From a virus (taxonomy: Duplodnaviria > Caudoviricetes), in the IMG/VR virus record IMGVR_UViG_3300020202_000071, positions 1,754 to 65,753 of that record: DNA of 64,000 bases. The stretch is one strand, 5' to 3'. Positions 35,334 through 45,135 of this stretch are shown here, in pieces (position 1 is the first letter of the stretch; each line of letters starts with the position of its first letter). The notes under the pieces were generated by a model. The model made no database searches. It was not told where the DNA came from and saw only the letters and a list, made by a program, of their open reading frames with translations. The position numbers and the translations under genes are program-made.

Positions 35334-36748
35334 TCTTGCACGGCGATTGCCTCACCGTGCTCCGGACGCTCGACGTCGACTCGATCGACGCCTGCGTCAC
35401 CGATCCGCCCTACGGGATCGGGTTCATGTCGAAATCATGGGACACGTTCTCGCCAGCGGCGGCGGCCGCGCGGATCATGGAGAACGACGAGATCGATTCG
35501 GACAATCCGAACCTCCGCGGGCGAACGCGCGGCGTCGCCTCTTCACCGTCAGCCATCGAATACGACCGCTCGGTCGAAGGTCAACGTGGGTTTCAGGCGT
35601 TCTGTGAGTCGTGGGGCCGTGAAGTCTTTCGAGTCCTAAAACCGGGAGCGTATCTGCTGGTCTGCGGTGCGCCGCGCAGCTATCACCGGATGGCCTGCGG
35701 CATCGAAGATGCCGGCTTCGAGGTGCGCGACTGCTTCGCGTGGTTGTTTGGGCAAGGCTATCCGAAAAGCGTGGACATCGCCCGGGCGATCGACATGGCG
35801 CTCTGTACCGAGGATGGCCGTCATTGCATGCGGCGAGTGCCGCCGTCGTTGAAGTTCCAGCCAGGAGATCACGTCTGCGCTGAGACGGAACTCGGGAAGC
35901 AATGGGCGGGGTGGGGCTCTGGCCTGAAACCGTCGAACGAGCCAATTTTAGTGGCGCGCAAGCCGCTTGTCGGCACGCTCGCCGAAAACGTCCTGAAGTT
36001 TGGCGCGGGGGCGCTGAACATCGCAGCATGCCGTCTTGACAGCACTGTTGACGACTGGTCACGCGAAAAGTTGGCGCGTCACAAGGCTGCGCGAAACGAA
36101 CCATCAGGCACGCGGCGCTATATCGAGAAGGGCTCAACCGATTTCGGCATGCTGCCGGGACCGCGCGGTGGTGACGAATTGGGCCGATGGCCTGCGAATG
36201 TGCTGCTGGATCAGATTGCGGCCGACTTGCTCGACGCCCAGAGTGGCGAGCTCACGAGCGGTGCCAACCCGAGGCGCCGGTCATCGGACAAGTTCCGCGA
36301 CATCTTCGGCGCGTTTCATGGGCAGGCGGAATGCACGCCGGCTCGTGGCGCTGATGCTGGCGGTGCTTCGCGCTTCTACTACGTCGCGAAACCGTCACGC
36401 GAAGAACGCGATCTCGGCTGCCACGACCTGATCGCGCGGCCACGGGACGAGAGCCGCAAAGAGGGGAATCCCGGCGGCGACAACCCGCGCAACCGAGGAC
36501 TTCAGCCACGCGGCAACTTCCATCCCACCGTCAAGCCGGTGGAACTCATGCGCTGGTTGGTGCGACTCGTGACGCCGCCGGGCGGGCTGGTGCTCGATCC
36601 GTTCACCGGCAGCGGGACGACGGGCATGGCGTGCGTCTATGAGCAGCGCCGGTTCATTGGCATCGAACGCGAGGCGGATTACATCGCGATCGCGGAGCGC
36701 CGCATTCGATCCGTCGCGCCGTTGTTCGTAGATGAGGCGTCTGCATGA
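35330..36748 (+). CDS. N6-adenine/N4-cytosine DNA methyltransferase (beta class)
   Basis: VTDPPYG, HPTVKP and VLDPFTGSGTTG motifs. Confidence 0.93.
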   Translation: MILHGDCLTVLRTLDVDSIDACVTDPPYGIGFMSKSWDTFSPAAAAARIMENDEIDSDNPNLRGRTRGVASSPSAIEYDRSVEGQRGFQAFCESWGREVFRVLKPGAYLLVCGAPRSYHRMACGIEDAGFEVRDCFAWLFGQGYPKSVDIARAIDMALCTEDGRHCMRRVPPSLKFQPGDHVCAETELGKQWAGWGSGLKPSNEPILVARKPLVGTLAENVLKFGAGALNIAACRLDSTVDDWSREKLARHKAARNEPSGTRRYIEKGSTDFGMLPGPRGGDELGRWPANVLLDQIAADLLDAQSGELTSGANPRRRSSDKFRDIFGAFHGQAECTPARGADAGGASRFYYVAKPSREERDLGCHDLIARPRDESRKEGNPGGDNPRNRGLQPRGNFHPTVKPVELMRWLVRLVTPPGGLVLDPFTGSGTTGMACVYEQRRFIGIEREADYIAIAERRIRSVAPLFVDEASA

Positions 36749-37041
36749 CGGCGCGCAGAGGCTTCGCGATCGGCGATCCCCGCGCCACGGCGGCCGCCAA
36801 GAAGGGCGAAGCGGCCTCACGCGAGACACGGCGTCAGCGGATGTGGCGGCGCTTCATGAACGCCGCTGGCCGGTGTGAGTCGAAGTTCGACGCGTTCATC
36901 CTGGGCTGGAAGGCGCATCGCGAGTTTTCGAGCCGTCGCCGGACGCAGGGCGCGCCGCAGGATGACGGGCACCCGCCGATGTTGCCAGCGGATCGGCCCC
37001 CAGGGAACTGGCAGACGCGATCCGAGTGGGAATTGGACTGA
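36745..37041 (+). CDS. Hypothetical protein
   Basis: Coupled ORF. Confidence 0.5.
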   Translation: MTARRGFAIGDPRATAAAKKGEAASRETRRQRMWRRFMNAAGRCESKFDAFILGWKAHREFSSRRRTQGAPQDDGHPPMLPADRPPGNWQTRSEWELD

Positions 37042-37250
37042 TGGAAGCGATGCTGATCGCTGGCGTCCTCGCGTTGATCGTCGTGGCGGCGGCCGCGGGC
37101 TTCGAAGTCGGCCGCTGGTATGGCCAAGCCTTCGCCTATCGCTTGCATCGGCATGACGTGAATCTCGATCGCTGGTATGCGGAGGAACCCAAGATCCGCA
37201 CACTTGCCCTGGCGCACCAGGACCAACAGCAGGAGGTAACCGGTGGGTAA
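37041..37250 (+). CDS. Small membrane protein
   Basis: One TM helix; TGATG coupling. Confidence 0.5.
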   Translation: MEAMLIAGVLALIVVAAAAGFEVGRWYGQAFAYRLHRHDVNLDRWYAEEPKIRTLALAHQDQQQEVTGG

Positions 37251-38190
37251 GGACACGGCCATCGAGTGGGCCACGCACACCTTCAATCCATGGATCGGCT
37301 GCACGAAGATCGCGCCGGAGTGTGCACGATGCTACGCGCACGATGAGACGTTCGTCCGCGTGCAGCGATCGCGCGGCCGCGAACTCTGGGGACCGACGGC
37401 GGATCGTCACGTCACGTCCGCCGGGAACTGGCGCGCGGTCCTCGCGTGGAACCGCATGGCCCACGCGGAAGGCACACGCGGGCGTGTGTTCTGCGCGTCA
37501 CTCGCCGACGTCGCCGAGGATCGCCCGGATCTCGTCGAACCCCGCGCGCGTCTGTGCGATCTGATTCGACGAACCGACGCGCTGGACTGGCTCCTGCTCA
37601 CCAAACGGCTCGAAGATCTCGTCCGGTTGTTCCCGGCCGATGTGCTCCAACGCGCATGGGTTGGCACGACGGCTGGCACCGTCGATCGGATGCGCGAGGA
37701 AGCCCCGCGGCTCGCAGAAATCGACTGCCGTGTCCGCTTCATCAGCGTCGAACCGATGCTCGAGGATGTCGCCGCCGATCTGCGCGACGCGCTTGTCGCG
37801 ATCGGCGATCACGTACCTCGTTGGGTTGTAGCGGGTGGCGAGTCTGCGAAGCCCGGTGACAAGCCGGCCCGTCCGATGCATCCCGATTGGACGCGCGGAG
37901 TCCGCAACGTCTGCGTGTCCCTCGGCGTGCCGTTCCTGTTCAAACAGTGGGGCGACTGGCAGGACGGTAGCGTGATCGAGCCAGGGAAACCACCAGTCGG
38001 AGAAATCGTGCTGCTGGACGGCCGGCATGGCAAGACGCCGGAGGACCTCGGTTTCACCGGTATTGCGCGAGCAATGGAGTGGGGCCGGTTGCGCCCAACG
38101 ATGATGGCACGCGTCGGCAAGAAAGCCGCCGGCCGAATGCTCGACGGTCGCGAGTGGAACGAATTCCCCACGGTTGAGGCGACCGTATGA
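37243..38190 (+). CDS. DUF5131 (phage Gp37/Gp68 family) protein
   Basis: TAIEWATHTFNPWIGCTKIAPECARCYA, LLLTKR, RFISVEP, GGES, FLFKQWG and GRMLDGREW motifs. Confidence 0.92.
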   Translation: MGKDTAIEWATHTFNPWIGCTKIAPECARCYAHDETFVRVQRSRGRELWGPTADRHVTSAGNWRAVLAWNRMAHAEGTRGRVFCASLADVAEDRPDLVEPRARLCDLIRRTDALDWLLLTKRLEDLVRLFPADVLQRAWVGTTAGTVDRMREEAPRLAEIDCRVRFISVEPMLEDVAADLRDALVAIGDHVPRWVVAGGESAKPGDKPARPMHPDWTRGVRNVCVSLGVPFLFKQWGDWQDGSVIEPGKPPVGEIVLLDGRHGKTPEDLGFTGIARAMEWGRLRPTMMARVGKKAAGRMLDGREWNEFPTVEATV

Positions 38191-38432
38191 AGGAGCTTTG
38201 CCTATGCGGTTGCCTCGGGCTGGCCGATCCAATTCTCATCACGCTCGACAACTGGTGCCCGAACTGTGGCCATGGCCACGTCGATCTTCCTGGCGATGAC
38301 AGTACGTGTCGGTGCATCAGTTGTGGCGAGCCGCTACCGCGTTCCGTCGCACTGAAGACGCCGCCGACGCGCGTTCAGATTCGTCGCAAGGCCGGCGCGC
38401 GGCACAAAAAATCTGTCGAGGCGACGGTATGA
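38187..38432 (+). CDS. Cys-rich (Zn-ribbon) hypothetical protein
   Basis: CPNC and CISC motifs; flanked by a repeated gene junction. Confidence 0.5.
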   Translation: MKELCLCGCLGLADPILITLDNWCPNCGHGHVDLPGDDSTCRCISCGEPLPRSVALKTPPTRVQIRRKAGARHKKSVEATV

Positions 38433-38626
38433 GCGACGCACTGAAATTGCTGGAGCCGCCCGCGTTCATTGGCATCTCGCAACTCCGCGTGACCAACGCC
38501 GCGCAGTTGCACGAGTTGACGCGCCCCGAGATCGTCATGGTGCAGAGCCAGCCCGTCGCCGTGCTCGTGCCTTATGACCTCTTTATGGCCGCGCAAGCAC
38601 TCATCCGGAGGGTGAGTCAGTCATGA
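38429..38626 (+). CDS. Phd/YefM-like small protein
   Basis: IGISQLR...PEIVM...QPVAVLVPYD pattern. Confidence 0.55.
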   Translation: MSDALKLLEPPAFIGISQLRVTNAAQLHELTRPEIVMVQSQPVAVLVPYDLFMAAQALIRRVSQS

Positions 38627-38666
38627 CCCGGATCGCGTTCACCTACGTTGAGGAAGGAACTGAAGA

Positions 38667-39209
38667 GTGAAGACGCTGAAGCTCGCCGAGAACCTGAACC
38701 TCCCCGCGGACGAAGCCGTCACCCAGAAGTTCGGCACCGCCTACGTAACGGAACTCCGCGAGCGGATCATCGCCAATAGCGTTGAGGATGAGCGCGGCTG
38801 CTGGCTCTGGCAGAAGAGCAAGAAGAACGGCTACGGGCAAACCAGCGTTCATCGCATGTCGACGTACACGCATCACCTCGCGTACGAACTGTTCATCGGG
38901 CCCATTCCACCCGGGCGCTTTGTGTGCCATCGCTGCGACGTCAGCGCGTGCAACAACCCGGCGCATCTCTTCCTGGGAACGCAGGCTGAGAACCTCGCCG
39001 ACATGCGCGCGAAGGGCCGCGGCTCGAAGCCGCCAGTCGCTCAGGGCGAGACGCATCACGCTACGCCGCTCACCGACAAGCAGGTCGTGGAAATCAGACG
39101 GCTTGCGGCGGAAGGCAAAAAGCAACGGGACATCGCGGCGCAGTTCGGGTGCTGCCAGGCAACGGTGTCGTCGATCGTTCGAGGTCAGTATCGGAGGAGC
39201 GCGCGATGA
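38667..39209 (+). CDS. HNH homing endonuclease with C-terminal HTH; N-terminus duplicates the downstream ATPase
   Basis: CWLW...GYG...HHLAY...VCHRCDVSACNNPAHLFLGTQAENLADM. Confidence 0.92.
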   Translation: MKTLKLAENLNLPADEAVTQKFGTAYVTELRERIIANSVEDERGCWLWQKSKKNGYGQTSVHRMSTYTHHLAYELFIGPIPPGRFVCHRCDVSACNNPAHLFLGTQAENLADMRAKGRGSKPPVAQGETHHATPLTDKQVVEIRRLAAEGKKQRDIAAQFGCCQATVSSIVRGQYRRSAR

Positions 39210-40957
39210 AGAAGATGCTGGAGCTCGCACCGGGCCTGAATCTGCCGGCTGACGAGGCGATCGCGCAGAAGTTCGGATTCATCGGCCGATCTGGGTCAGG
39301 TAAGAGCTATGCGGCGATGAAGCTCGCCGAGCTCTTTCTGTCAATCGGCGCGCAGGTTATCGCGTTGGACTGGGTGGGACTTTGGTGGTCGCTGCGCCTG
39401 GCGGCCAATGGCAAGGCACCCGGCTTCGAGCACGTCTACATCTTTGGCGGCGAGCACGCCGACGTGCCACTCGAGCCGACGTCAGGCGCGCTCATGGCGG
39501 ACCTCGTCGTCGATAAGCACATCTCCGTCGTGCTCGACGTGATGCACTTCCGCAAAGCCGAGCGCACGCGGTTCGCGACCGCATTCGCGGAGCAGTTCTT
39601 TCACCGGAAGAAGACGGCGCGCACGGCGTGCCACCTCTTCATCGAAGAGGCGCAGGCGTATCTCCCGCAAATGGTCCGCGGCGAGGAAGCGCGCATGGTC
39701 GGCGTGTTCGAGGACATCGGGAAGGTCGGGCGCAATTACGGCATCGGCAATTCGCTGATCTCGCAGCGGCCGCAGGCCATCAACAAGGACGTGCTGAACC
39801 AGATCGAGGTCCTGCTGGCGTTTCAGACCAACGGCCCGCAGGAGCGCAAGGCGATCGCAGGCTGGACCGCTGAGAACACGACCGCCGGCGCCGCGATGAT
39901 GCAGGCGCTGCCGACGCTGCCCGTCGGCCACGCGCTCGTCTGGTCGCCGCAGTGGCTCCGCATCGCCGAGCGCGTGCACATCCTGCCGCGGCAGACCTAC
40001 AACGCCAGCGCGACGCCGACCGGCAAGGCGAAGCAGATCGCCCCGCAGACCCTCGCGCCGGCGGAACTCGAATCCCTGGGCGATGCCATCAAGGCGACGG
40101 TCGAACGGTCGAAGGCCGATGACCCGCGCGAGCTCCGGAAGCAGATCGCCGAGTTGAAGAAGCAGCTCGCGACGCCCGCCACACCGACCGCGGCGCCGGC
40201 GGCCCCGAAGGTGATCGAAAAGCCCGTCGTCACCGACAAGCAGATCGCGGCGGTGCAGAAGCTGGTCGATCAGTTGGACGCCCTGGCGTCGAAGGCCGAT
40301 GACCTCAGCGATCGCTGTGTCTCGGCCGCCGCGGCGTTGCGCGCGGACTTGGCGAAGGCGATTCAGCAACCGCCCCCGAAGCCGCAGCCGAGCACCGCAG
40401 GCCGGCTGGTGGAGCCGACGATCACGCGGATGCACGCGACGCCACTGCAGCCGATCGTGAAGCGCGCGGCACCGAGCGATGGGAATGGCGTGGCGCTCGG
40501 GAAGGCCGAACGCGCCATCCTGACGGTCCTCGCGCAGCATCCTGACGGCTGCGAGAAAGGCAAACTGACGTTGCTCGCGGGCTATCGCTACTCTGGTGGC
40601 TTCCGCAACAGCCTCGGTGCCCTGCGCACCGCCGGCTACATCGTGGGCAGCAATGAGAGCACGATGCGCATCACCGATGCTGGTGTCGCCGCGCTCGGCG
40701 AGTTCGACCCGCTGCCCACCGGTGACGCGCTGCGCGATTACTGGTTGTCGCATCCCTCTTTTGGAAAAGCCGAGCGGGCGATTCTGGCCGCACTGTTCGA
40801 GCATCCCGACGGACTGGATGCGCCGGCGTTGTGTCAGCGCACGGGCTACGAATACAGCGGCGGCTTTCGAAACTCACTCGGCGCCCTCCGCACCGCCGGC
40901 CTGCTCGTTGGCGCAAACACTGGCGTCATGAAGGCCAGTGACGTGTTGCTCGAGTAG
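39206..40957 (+). CDS. HerA/FtsK-superfamily (DUF87-like) ATPase with tandem C-terminal winged-helix repeats
   Basis: Walker A GRSGSGKS, Walker B LFIEEAQ, GRNYGI and SQRP motifs; repeat GKAERAIL...YSGGFRNSLGALRTAG occurs twice. Confidence 0.85.
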   Translation: MKKMLELAPGLNLPADEAIAQKFGFIGRSGSGKSYAAMKLAELFLSIGAQVIALDWVGLWWSLRLAANGKAPGFEHVYIFGGEHADVPLEPTSGALMADLVVDKHISVVLDVMHFRKAERTRFATAFAEQFFHRKKTARTACHLFIEEAQAYLPQMVRGEEARMVGVFEDIGKVGRNYGIGNSLISQRPQAINKDVLNQIEVLLAFQTNGPQERKAIAGWTAENTTAGAAMMQALPTLPVGHALVWSPQWLRIAERVHILPRQTYNASATPTGKAKQIAPQTLAPAELESLGDAIKATVERSKADDPRELRKQIAELKKQLATPATPTAAPAAPKVIEKPVVTDKQIAAVQKLVDQLDALASKADDLSDRCVSAAAALRADLAKAIQQPPPKPQPSTAGRLVEPTITRMHATPLQPIVKRAAPSDGNGVALGKAERAILTVLAQHPDGCEKGKLTLLAGYRYSGGFRNSLGALRTAGYIVGSNESTMRITDAGVAALGEFDPLPTGDALRDYWLSHPSFGKAERAILAALFEHPDGLDAPALCQRTGYEYSGGFRNSLGALRTAGLLVGANTGVMKASDVLLE

Positions 40958-40967
40958 GTCGAGTCCG

Positions 40968-42154
40968 ATGAGCGCCGAGACCAGTGTGATCGGTTCATAT
41001 GCCCGCGCCTTCGAGCGCTTCCTTGACGCGCTGGAACGCCGCTACAAGCGCCGCCAGAAGGCCAGCGAGCGCGCCTTGGCATCTGTGCTCGCTATCGACA
41101 AGGCGGACCCGCAGTACGTCCGCGTGGTGCGGAGCTACGAGGTCACGCACGCCCGCGCCAAAGAGGCGCGGTTGGTGCTCAACGCGGCGCTGAAGGCATT
41201 CGACGACGCAGAAAAGGAAGCTCGATGAGCGCCGAGCCCTCCTTCCGTCAAATCATTCTCGCTGCTGGTCGCGGGCACATTCAATACCGAATCAACGCGG
41301 TCCCTGGCGGCCAGTATCGTCTCGGTTATCGCGTCACGCCGCACTTTGCGGTCACGCAGGTCGCGGGCCAGTGGTGGCCGACGCATCTCCCGAGCGGGCG
41401 GTGTCTCGGCGGCTTGTCGTGGAAGACGAAAGCGGAGGCCACGCGGATGCTGCAGCAGCTCGAGACGGTCGCGGACTGGTCGCGCGTGCGGAAGGGAACG
41501 AAAGCGTTGGCGCAGAAGGTGCGCGCCGTGACGGGTGGACAGCCCATGCGGAGGATCGGATGAGCGCCGAGACCCATGCCACGCGATTAGACGAGATGGC
41601 ACGCGAGTACCGCGACACGGCGAATCGCTGCATCCTGCCGAGCGCGGCGCGGTCGTACGAAAACGACGCGCGGTCTTGTGAGGCCGGTGCCGCCGCGTTA
41701 CGGCGTGGCACCTGTGTCTGGCAACAAGACGAGGATGGGGCCTGGAGTACGGCCTGCGGGAAGCGCTGGGAGTTCACCTGGTATGAGCATCGGCCGTCGG
41801 CGCATGACATGCGGTTTTGTCATCACTGCGGGCAGACGCTCGGGGAACGAGGCTATGTCGAACCAGCGAACGATGAGTCCTGAACAGCACGGGGCGATCT
41901 TGGCCTCACGCGCGGAACACGCGCGGGCGGTCGGCATGCGCGAACTGGCTGAGTCACTAGACGCGGGCGCCGCCGCCCTCCGACGGGGGACGTGTGAGAG
42001 CTGCCGGTACTTCAGTGAGTTCTACGGGCGGCTCTGTCATCACATTGATGTGAATCGCAACGGAGCAAGGTTTCAGCCGCCTCCAGGGTTCGGCTGCACG
42101 CTCTACCGCGGGAAGACCGACGACGAGACAGAACAACAAGCTTCTGGTGGTTGA
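40968..42154 (+). CDS. Four small coupled hypothetical genes (40968-41228, 41225-41563, 41560-41883, 41873-42154)
   Basis: Overlapping starts and stops; three begin MSAE; two share AGAAALRRGTC. Confidence 0.55.
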
Positions 42155-42703
42155 TCGAGGTTGGATGGGTGGGACGTTCAGGACGATCGCCAGTCGCGTG
42201 CGACCGGGCCGCGTCCTGACTTCGCGGGGCCTCTCGATGCTGAGGCTGAGATCGCAGGAAGCGACGAGCCTGTGGAACGCGGCGTAGATCAACCACCGGG
42301 GGCCTTCGCTGATTGGAGAGAGAGATGGGTAAACGGAAAGGCGACGACGTGGAGTTGGCGCGACTGCTCGCCGCGGAAAGCAAGTTACAGCGCACACATG
42401 ATGTGCTCGGCACGCTGATCGCGTGGATGGCGCAGTCGGCCAACAGCCCGATCCGTCGCGAGGAAGCGCAGGAATTGCTGCGGAAGCTGGGCGTGTAGGG
42501 CCTTTCGCTGATGGGAGAGAGAGATGAACGCGACTGAGGACGTGAAAGCGCTAGCAGCGGCGGTTGAGAAGATGTCACCCCGTGAGCTGTTTCTGCTCGC
42601 GGCGGGACTCTGCGAGCGCGGCCAGCACGACACGGCAGAGACGATCGCAGAGCGCGGCGTGCAACTACTGCAGCTCCGGCGCTTACTCGGTAAGTCCAAG
42701 TAG

Positions 42704-42964
42704 ATGCCCCGCTACGCCTCCAAGGTAGACGCCACGGCTGCGAGTCTGGTGAAGCACGCCAAGTCCGTCGGGGCGGACTATCTGCCCTTGAACGGGGTAA
42801 TCGATGGGGTGCTGCATTTCCGGGGCCGGGTCTGGTTGATCGACTGGAAGTCGCCGGGTGGGGACTTGACGCCGGCGCAGTCGAAGCTGGTGGCGCGCGG
42901 CTGGCCGATTCGCTTTATTTCGACCACGGCGCAACTCAACACGCTGTTGGGGATCGGCGCATGA
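42704..42964 (+). CDS. VRR-NUC-like small nuclease
   Basis: YASKVD...IDG......LIDWKSPGGDLTPAQ. Confidence 0.7.
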   Translation: MPRYASKVDATAASLVKHAKSVGADYLPLNGVIDGVLHFRGRVWLIDWKSPGGDLTPAQSKLVARGWPIRFISTTAQLNTLLGIGA

Positions 42965-43839
42965 CGGTGACCTGGTGGACGCAGCAGCGGAGGGACACGA
43001 TGAGAACCGCCCGCGCTGTTGAATCAGGTCGAAGTGGCATGACTCGCCAAGACGATCCCGTGGTGGACAGCGGTAGCGGAGCTGCGATGCCGATCACGAC
43101 TACAGAAAACACCGCCGCAATGCACGGCAGTGTCGGGACGGGGCGATCGGAGACGAGCGAATGAGAGACGAGACCCCGGAAGAAGTGGCGGCGCGCTGGT
43201 TGTTCGGCGCAGCCTATGCGGCTAGCGGTCTGAGTAGTCGCGACTGGTGGCGGCATCTCCAAGGGTCCGCATCAGCGCGCCTCGTGCATGAGTTTGTGGC
43301 CGCGATGCGCACTGCCCTCGCCCGATGATCCGCTCCCTCTGGCGCTATCTGACGCACGGGCTGTGTCGGCATCAGCCGATGCATGACCGGACGAAACAGG
43401 TTCCCCATTGGACCTGTTTCAAGTGTGGGGCGAGCTGGCCGAAGGTGCGGTATGGGCCGAAGCCGACGAAGAAGCCCGCCAAGGCGCGACGGGCAGCGGT
43501 GTTACGGATGGTGTCCCGATGAGCGGCGAGGGAGGGAGAGAAGAACCAATGCCAAAGCCTTTGGAAACGTGTTCGTCATCTGGGCGCGTTCACCGGGCCT
43601 CACTAACCGCGTGTTGAACCAGCCTTCTACCGTATGGGGGAGTGTGAGATGGAAAGCTTCACGATGAAGTCACGCGATGGGCGACGTTCTGCATCAGCGG
43701 TCCACCTTCGGAACGTCGGGTCCGCTTGGTGGGAAGTGGCGCTGACAAAGTCCACCCGTACACGGAGTGAGACACGCTCACAGCGCACCAAAACCAAGCG
43801 CGATGCCGTCCGGCTCGCGAAGGATTGGATCAGCCCGCA

Positions 43840-44082
43840 ATGATCGCGCGCGGCAAGTTTTCGCGAGGACAGCGCGTGCGGTTGTCGGCCGAAGGCCAGC
43901 GCAGCGGCATTGCCCCGAGATCGGCTCGCGCTGGCACAGTGGTCGGATTTGGACGCGCGCCGAACGCGCACGTTGTGTGGATCGTGCGCGATGGCTGCAA
44001 AGCGAGCGAGGCGTACCACATGGACTTTTGGGAAGGTGAACCCGAAATGGCTCACCAAGCCGATCCAGTGGAGCATCCCTAG
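43840..44082 (+). CDS. SH3-like hypothetical protein
   Basis: KFSRGQRVRL...GTVVGF pattern. Confidence 0.45.
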   Translation: MIARGKFSRGQRVRLSAEGQRSGIAPRSARAGTVVGFGRAPNAHVVWIVRDGCKASEAYHMDFWEGEPEMAHQADPVEHP

Positions 44083-45135
44083 GTGACTGACATGCGGCAA
44101 CACGACCACCCAGACCCCTCGCACTCCAGCCCTGCGCCCCTGGAGGGGCTGATCGCGGAGTTACAGGGGCGCGCGCCCTATTCCGATGTCGCTCGACGCG
44201 CGGGAGAACTGGAACAGGCGGGATTGCGCTGCCCGAAGTGTGGAGCCCCCAACCAAGGAAAGGATACCTATTGTGCCGCGTGTGAAAACGAAGTCCTCAA
44301 AACCATCGAGCCCGCCAGTGGAGATGTATCGCTGCCAGTTCTGCGAACGGGAGAGCCCCGCGTCGAAATGGAAGGCGCGGATGGACAACTGCCCGAGATG
44401 CGGCCTGAAATACGACCCGATACTGGCGCAGGAGATGGACGACTAATCGGAGAGATTGAGCGCCTTCAGGAGATCGCGCGTCTCACCGCCGCCCTCGAGA
44501 CGGCCCTTGCTGCGCGGCCGCAGGACAGGTGGGTCGGTGGTGCACCGATGGCGCAGTACGCCGTGCTGGGCATCGGTGCTGAGGCGTGGGTGGAATTGGA
44601 GCAGGTTGAAGCCGACGCGCAGAAATACGGCACCACCGATAGCACGCACGTCTCGTTGAGATGGGCGACGCTGCGGGTTGTGATGCGCGTGCTGCGCGTC
44701 ATTCGGCTGGAGGACTTCCGCGATCTCCGCGCCGACAACGAACGACTCACCGCCGCCCTGGAGACAGCGCAGCGGGAGAACGAAAAGCTACGCGGCGCGC
44801 GGCGGATTCACGAACTCGACAACCACCATAACGCCGCGCTGTGCCCGTATTGCAATCCCGACCTCGAAAAGATGCGAGCGGCGCAGCGGGAGACGGTGAT
44901 CTGCGCCGCAGTGCGACTGGCGGACGGCTACATCGTGCGCGGGCATCGGCACCCGGACGCCATGCAGTCGGCGCGCGGCATCCCGCGATATGCAGCGACG
45001 CGCATCACGCAGGAGATGCAGGGTTTCATCACCTCGCGCAACCGCTTCGTGTCGCGCGAGGAAGCGGCGGACCTGTGGCGCGCGGATCATCCCGCGTTCA
45101 CGGCGGACACGCTGTTCAGTGAGGACGTGTACTGA
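44083..45135 (+). CDS. Mosaic hypothetical protein (Zn ribbon, coiled coils, C-terminal QGFITS.NRFV.R.EA domain)
   Basis: CPKC/CAAC, repeated RLTAALETA, and ICAAV...GHRH motifs. Confidence 0.6.
   Translation: MTDMRQHDHPDPSHSSPAPLEGLIAELQGRAPYSDVARRAGELEQAGLRCPKCGAPNQGKDTYCAACENEVLKTIEPASGDVSLPVLRTGEPRVEMEGADGQLPEMRPEIRPDTGAGDGRLIGEIERLQEIARLTAALETALAARPQDRWVGGAPMAQYAVLGIGAEAWVELEQVEADAQKYGTTDSTHVSLRWATLRVVMRVLRVIRLEDFRDLRADNERLTAALETAQRENEKLRGARRIHELDNHHNAALCPYCNPDLEKMRAAQRETVICAAVRLADGYIVRGHRHPDAMQSARGIPRYAATRITQEMQGFITSRNRFVSREEAADLWRADHPAFTADTLFSEDVY

Noticed and set aside
35330-36748. Restriction-modification system
   Set aside because: Orphan methyltransferases are routine in phage early regions, and no cognate restriction enzyme can be supported.
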